Assembly (NCBI GenBank): GCA_012295275.1
Contig: CM022667.1
Span: 11,470,001-11,534,000, forward strand
Direction: 5' to 3'
DNA: 64,000 nt
DNA from: Chrysomallon squamiferum
Lineage: Eukaryota; Animalia; Mollusca
A program made the position numbers and the translations under genes. Shown piece by piece: positions 57,334-64,000 of this stretch (positions are counted from its first letter, which is position 1; each line of letters starts with the position of its first letter). Under the pieces are notes generated by a model. The model was given only the letters and a program-made list of their open reading frames with translations. It did no database searches and was not told where the DNA came from.

Positions 57334-58873
57334 GTAATTTTAGAAAACGTTGAGTGAACTTGCTTAATAAGCTCTAATTTTTGTGACAAGTTTATGTTGT
57401 TATAACACTTCTTACGATTATTCGTAAGCATACATATATATGTAGACATGGTCGTAACTAAATTCTTTTTGAAATGAGACAAAAACACCCAAACGAAGAG
57501 AGAAGCGGGGCAAAAAAATCTGAGGGAGGGAACACGCCTAAGACTCCGACTTGAAAGATGCAAAATCTTTGATTGCAGCCGTAAACGAATTCATTCAGTG
57601 GATGTCGTTTCTGTATAAATTGAGATTTATATTTTATATTTTTTAAATAAAATCATTGAATAAAAAAATAAAATTAAATACCAAAATTCCCACACACCCC
57701 TCCCCCAAACAAAAATCGTCAGTTTTGGTTTGAGGCATTTTACCACAATGTAGTTACGGCCATGATAGCTAGATGATTTATATGGCTGCTTAACTGCATG
57801 TGTCCATTGACTTAATCCATCTACGTGACGGAGTATAAACATCGAAATCAAGTTAATCAAATGCAATAATTAATGGTAAAAATTATAATTCAAATTCAGC
57901 TACCTAAAATATATTCAATATACTTCTCTTGAAAAAAAATCTAAAAAGAAATCAAATGCTTAAAGTTTATTAAATACTAAGTAGAAGTTTATGCATTTTT
58001 ATATAAATCTTTATCAAGAGTATTTTATTTTATTATTTTATTTTATTTATTTATTTATTTATTTTCCTGCGGAAGAATGCAGTCTATTTCTCTAACTTAC
58101 GTCAAACTAGCTTTACTTCGTAGACGTTGTTACGGTGAATTTTTAAATAAACTTTACATAAAAGTATGGTTGCAGTTAATATTAAAAATATCGCGGAAAG
58201 CGAAAAGACGTCAAACAAGGGATACCTGTACACATACGTACATACAGATTCCCACGTTACATAACAGTGTACATACTGCACACGGTTACCCTGTTGCAAA
58301 TCATATATTATTTATTAATGTAATTCGTATACACGTAGCTATGTTGTAGCAACCACACTGAAAAGTGAACCCGTCTAGACTTTTTTTTTTATTTCCTTTT
58401 AATTCTTTTTTGTAAATAATATATTAACTTTGATTTGTATAAACGTTAAGTGCAACGTTTTTAATGTTGTAAATAAATCAACTATGTGATGACAGTTACA
58501 TACTTACGTTACACTCTGGCTGTATTTAAATGTGTATGTGTGTGTGTGTGTGTTTCTAATAATGGTAAGGCATCGGCACTTAATTATTTGTTTATCTCTT
58601 TCTTCCACCTGCTTGCCAAATCAGCATTGAAAACATAAATAAAAATAAAACATATAAACGATGACGACAGCAACAACTACAACAACAACAGAAACATCAT
58701 CATCATCAACAGCAATAATAATAAATGTTTTACGGAAAACGGAAAACTTAAAAATGTTTTAATTGCACTAATTGTGCAGTCTTCCACAGTAATATTTCCA
58801 AACTGACTACAACGAATTCAAAAGGAACAGATGACCAGTATATAAACATGGTACAATTTAGGTATTTCTTAAT

Positions 58874-59822
58874 CTATATAAACGTAATACTGTGTGGATG
58901 TGTCTCTTTACAACAACAGAATTTAGACTTGAAAGATTCTCGAAAATTAGTCCCAAGGAAGCAGTAGAATAAAAAGTTGGTAGAAAAATTTACGGTTATT
59001 AATGTAGTGGAAACGCGAAGGGTGACGTCTTGCTTGTTTCCAAATGAGTTGCCATCGATTCCAACAGCGACAAAAAACGCGCCAGGAAACGTGCAGCAGA
59101 AGAGAAAGCATGACGTAATACCGAGCGTTACTCCGATCCACACGTCAGTGTCATGGTCGCGCACGTTAGCAACGGGAGACCCAGTAACGAGGTTTTTTTC
59201 TGCGGTGCAGTATTTGAATAATGCGAATGTTGAGAAACAGACAGAGGAACAAGGGCACGATTAACAGAGTAACAACAACACTAAATAAACAGTAAGAGAA
59301 TTTGTAAGTAGTAAATGTCTCACTGTGACAGCTTACTGACACGTAAGTAGAGTTATCGGCCCTGACGTGGAACATTTCGATTGTTCTCAGCGAACCAAAG
59401 CCAGTCGAAAGCAAAACAATTGTCAGAATTATTTTCCGGCTGACGGAAGCCGTGCACAGCGCATGCGCTTTAAGTGGATGGGCAGTGGCAACGTATCTTT
59501 CAGCGGTGACGACGACGGCAGTGTAAATGGAGCAAGCACCGACTATAATGAGAACTGTTCTCTTACAACTACCGGAAATGATTAAATGGGACGAAACCGC
59601 TGCGTCCATTAGAAAGAAAAACTTCAGTATCAGAAAGACGCAGTTGAAAACGGACATCATTGTGAGGTAAAAAGACGTAGACGAACGGAGGGCTACGTCT
59701 GCTAAAACGACAACCGACAGAACATGGCCGATTATTCCAAATATCGTGAGACCTGTTTCTATCCAAAAAAGAGTAATATCGAAATCCATGTCGATAGAAA
59801 CGTTTATTTCTTTTTCTAACAA
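58874..59822 (-). CDS. Rhodopsin-family GPCR, FMRFamide-receptor/peptide-chemoreceptor-like; +1 frameshift in an A7 run at 59193-59199 (error or pseudogene); start uncertain
   Basis: ORF 59822-59166 has FGIIGHVLSVVVL, SSTSFYL, TAERYVATAHPLKAHALCT and TM5 IVPLFLCLFLNIRII. ORF 59164-58874 has TM6 FLFCCTFPG and TM7 NFSTNFLFYCFLGTNFRESF. Deleting one A joins them (RRKNLVTGSPVANVRDH). The first in-frame ATG is at 59789; the track start at 59822 is TTG. Confidence 0.82.
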
Positions 59823-60835
59823 TGTCCAAGAATAACAGTTTTCCTATTTGTTGTTCAGAAAATGTAACCACATACACTTCCAGAGTTAGAATCCTAGATC
59901 GAATCTTTGCAAGAAGGATGAATTATTTTGATTAAAAGCGAGAGAAAAAAAAAATTAATAATAATAAAAATAAGTATTACGTAAAGAATAAAACGATGTG
60001 TCCAATTTTGCATTTTTAAATGCTTCAGGGACCTTGCTATATTGAAAAGTTTGCTCGAAAATGGCAAGATTATGAAATTAATTTCACTATTTCGGATTCT
60101 TTTTGTTGTTGTTGTTGTTGTTGATGATAATGTTGATTAACTCTGACTAAGACGATATAATTCTCTGAACGACTTCAAATTGAATTCCAGTCAGAGTCCA
60201 GATCGGAGAGTGACTGACTGGACGCCATTTCCGCCCCTTCCATTACGTCAGGATTCAGTTAACATGACACGTCATCCATCTCGAAATCACTGAAAATCAC
60301 AGCAAACAAAACGACTTTGTTCAGATATAACAGTATACCGTCATGCTAGCAGTTATGTTAAATCGCTGCTATACAGAACTTTCCGAATAACTGTTAAATG
60401 ACGGTTTCGTTGAAACCAACGCCTATACGAAATATAGTTTGGTCTCATTTCGTTCTTTACCTTCGTTTGTTTCCGTGCCAGCTCGGAATTTGTAACTCAA
60501 CAACTAGTGAAAATGTCTTTGATTGTGTATATGAAACTATTTTCCTCAACGTGCACAGGTTTCTTACTAAACCTGTCTTTTCTCTGTTGCGTAGAAGAAG
60601 TAGAAGAATAAAACCAAAGGTCGATAGCGCTTGACCGATACATGAACACAAGTTAATCCATCATGGTGTCTAATAGTCAAAGCAGGTCCATATATCAGTT
60701 ATAGGATAGCCTATTATTGTTCAGTCTTCACAAACATTACCTCGCAACGAGCGGAAACCAAGATCTGTTGTTATTTTTGTTATTTATTTATTTATTTTGT
60801 GGTTGTCGTTTTACTGTTGTTGTTGTGTCTTGACC

Positions 60836-60942
<107 letters not shown>

Positions 60943-61061
60943 GATGGATTATTGCAGTTATGCAGTGATTTGCTGTATCAGATTGTTATTATATTTATTT
61001 ATTTATATATTTATTTATTTTTTTGCTTATTTTATTCTATTTTTATATTTTTAAAACCTTG

Positions 61062-61131
<70 letters not shown>

Positions 61132-61578
61132 GAATCATACGATGAAATGTAACAGCAGTTTCTAATCATCCTGAACAAGATGTCATATTTTACGTTTACC
61201 AAAACCCAAAGTCAGAAACGAACCAGTCAGTATTAAATATGCAGACGATATGAACGTGAAAATGACGCGGATATAAGTAGTGAAAGCAAAAATAGTTCAA
61301 CAGTAATCCGCACATATATTATTTAAACAAAATCGATAATGTCACTATTTGAAATTCACACTTTTAATTTGTACTATTATATAATTTATACACAGATTCG
61401 GACTGGGTCTCTCTGCGGTCCTTAACTTTGTGTTTTTATTTTTAATCCTTTCTCTATTTCAGCACACCCCATTTACTGACACCCGGCTGATCAATCTGTG
61501 TTGAAAAGTATCATAGTTGGTTTGTTTCCTGTCTAAGGAATGTCAGATATCTTGAGTGTTGGTCTCAGTAAGTGAAAG

Positions 61579-62747
61579 ATGGAGATCGCATCTATAAGAC
61601 GTATTTTGTATTTGTTGGCGTGTGTGCTTCCTTGTGATTTTGCCAGGTATATAATATATTTTCTACTTCTTCTTCCTCATTTTTTCTTTTTTCTTTTTTT
61701 CTTCTTCTGTGTTAACTGTTTGTTTTCGTATTTATTTAAGTGTTTATTTATTTATTTGTTTGTTTGTTTGTTTGTTTGTTTATTTAATTTTTTTTTTTTA
61801 AATTATTTAACTTTTTGGTTGTTTCTTTGTTTACATTTTTTTAAAATTATTTAATTGTTTGTTGTTGTTGTTTGTTTGTTTGTATTTTTACTATTTATTT
61901 GTTTTCTTGTTTATATATATGCATGTTAATTTGAGTGTTATTTACGTTTAAATATTTCTTTGTTTTGTTTGCTTGCTTGTTTATGTTTGTTTATTTGTTT
62001 CCTTATATATGTTACTTTATTTAATTGTTTGTTTATATCTATCTATCTATCTATCTATCTATGTGACTATCTATCGATCTATCTATCTATCTCTCTCTCT
62101 ATATATATATTCTTGTTATCGCTGTCATTATCATTATTATTGGTATAAATAGTTGTTCTTGTTGTTACCATTGTTATTACTATTATTATTATTATAGTCG
62201 TCATCATCGTGTTCATTATTATTACTGTTATCATTATCATTATCATCATCATCATCGTCATTATTATAAATATTTATGTGGGAGTGCTAAGTTAATATTC
62301 TAAATTTATATTCTATACTTTCCGGTGGGGGAGGCATTTATATTATATTCTCAAACCCAATCAAACTGAAGAATATAGCTCTCTTTTTTTTTTTTTTCTT
62401 TCTTTCTTTCCTATGTTATTGTAAATACCACTGTTTCCTCACATAATACATATTAATAATCATCATACGTTGCAGTCACAGCTGCGACCAGAAGGACAAC
62501 AAGGAGTGGATACGAAACCATGCCTTTGATGACGTCATAATCAACGTTGCCGTCATAAAGACCGTGCCTCGCGTCTCATCGATATTATCGTGCATTGTGT
62601 CCTGTGTCGATAGTTCAAGTTGCGTGTCTTTCTCTTACAACGCAGACGGGAGATGTCGTCTTCATTCTCTTAGGTTCTACAGCAAGAACAGCAGCAGCAG
62701 CAGCTACACTACGTCAGTCGGCTGGAGTCACTACTACCTCAGTACAG
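61579..62747 (+). CDS. Secreted PAN/apple-domain protein, first two exons (gene continues beyond the window)
   Basis: Exon 61579-61646 encodes a signal peptide (MEIASIRRILYLLACVLPCDFA, phase 2). Exon 62476-62747 has the PAN signature SILSCIVSCVDSSSCVSFSYNADGRCRLHS...GWSHY and ends at a phase-1 G|GTAAA donor. No further exon found before 64000. Confidence 0.8.
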
Positions 62748-62799
62748 GTAAAACCATTTTGCTGTGTGATATTTGCAGATTAACGATTTTTTGTTGTCA

Positions 62800-63810
62800 C
62801 GGTTGTTATTATTAATTAACAGTTTTTTGTTGTGTAGGATATTATTATTAATTAATAATTTTTGTTGTATGGGATATTATTATTATTTAACATTTTTTTG
62901 TATGGGATATTATTATTAATTAACATTTTTTTGTTGTATGGGATATTATTATTATTTAACATTTTTTTGTATGGGATATTATTATTAATTAACATTTTTT
63001 TGTTGTATGGGATATTATTATTATTTAACATTTCTTTGTATAGGATATTATTATTTAACATTTTTTTGTATGGGATATTATTATTAATTAACAGTTTTTT
63101 GTTGTATGGGATATTATTATTATTTAACATTTTTTTGTATGAGATATTATTATTAATTAACAGTTTTGTGTTGTATGGGATATTATTATTATTTAACATT
63201 TTTTTGTATGGTATATTATTATTAATTAACAGTTTTTTGTTGTATGGGATATTATTTAACATTTTTTTGTATGGATATTATTATTAATTAACAGTTTTGT
63301 GTTGTATGGGATATTATTATTATTTAACATTTCTTTGTATGGGATATTATTATTAATTAACAGTTTTGTGTTGTATGGGATATTATTATTATTTAACATT
63401 TCTTTGTATGGGATATTATTATTAATTAACAGTTTTTTGTTGTATGGGATATTATTATTATTTAACATTTTTTTTGTATGGGATATTATTATTAATTAAC
63501 AGTTTTGTGTTGTATGGGATATTATTATTATTTAACATTTTTTTTGTATGGGATATTATTATTAATTAACAGTTTTTTGTTGTATGGGATATTATTATTA
63601 TTTAACATTTTTTTGTATGGGATATTATTATTAATTAACAGTTTTGTGTTGTATGGGATATTATTATTAATTAACAGTTTTGTGTTGTATGGGATATTAT
63701 TATTATTTAAAACATTTTTGTATGGGATATTATTATTAATTAACAGTTTTTGTTTTATGGTTTATTACTATTAATTAACAGTTTTTGTTGTGTGGTTATT
63801 ATTATTAATT
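62800..63810. repeat. Minisatellite with alternating ~30/33-bp subunits (~63-bp higher-order unit)
   Basis: TTGTATGGGATATTATTATTATTTAACATTTTT alternates with TTGTATGGGATATTATTATTAATTAACAGTTTTTG, about 30 subunits, intronic. Source of ORFs 62852-63774. Confidence 0.93.
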
Positions 63811-64000
63811 ACTCACTTATTTGATTAGAGTGATCACAATATTCGAGTTCTTCGTAAAATTCAATAAAATAATAATAATAATAATAATAATAACTGAATA
63901 AAAGAAAAAAGAAAAAGATCAAGCAGACAAACAATATATGTATTATTATTACTACTACTACAATTGATATACATCGAGCAGTACTATTATTACTGTACTA

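Overview
AT-rich, microsatellite-dense animal genomic DNA, with intron-rich genes and no prokaryotic features. An invertebrate, most plausibly a mollusc or other lophotrochozoan, is inferred from the GPCR and PAN-domain gene types. Gene models were reconstructed by hand: (1) a 4-exon CUB-LDLa single-pass membrane protein (+, 8254-11914); (2) a rhodopsin-family neuropeptide-type GPCR with a single coding exon, broken by one extra base just after TM5 (+, 25927-27100); (3) a complete 39-exon Fanconi anemia group A orthologue, FANCA (-, 29717-53422, ~1382 aa, two apparent GC-AG introns); (4) NDUFB9 (+, 53541-56117), head-to-head with FANCA across 118 bp that carry an E2F/CHR-type element; (5) an FMRFamide-receptor-like GPCR, also broken by one extra base just after TM5 (-, 58874-~59822); (6) the first two exons of a secreted PAN/apple-domain gene (+, 61579-62747). 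Repeats include two Tigger/pogo derivatives, a tRNA-derived SINE, a ~197-bp palindrome, several minisatellites, a degenerate core-plus-spacer array, and intragenic duplications and inverted repeats inside FANCA. Most entries in the ORF track are microsatellite artefacts. No clearly new biological system is evident; the best leads are regulatory or splicing features of FANCA and the paired GPCR frameshifts.
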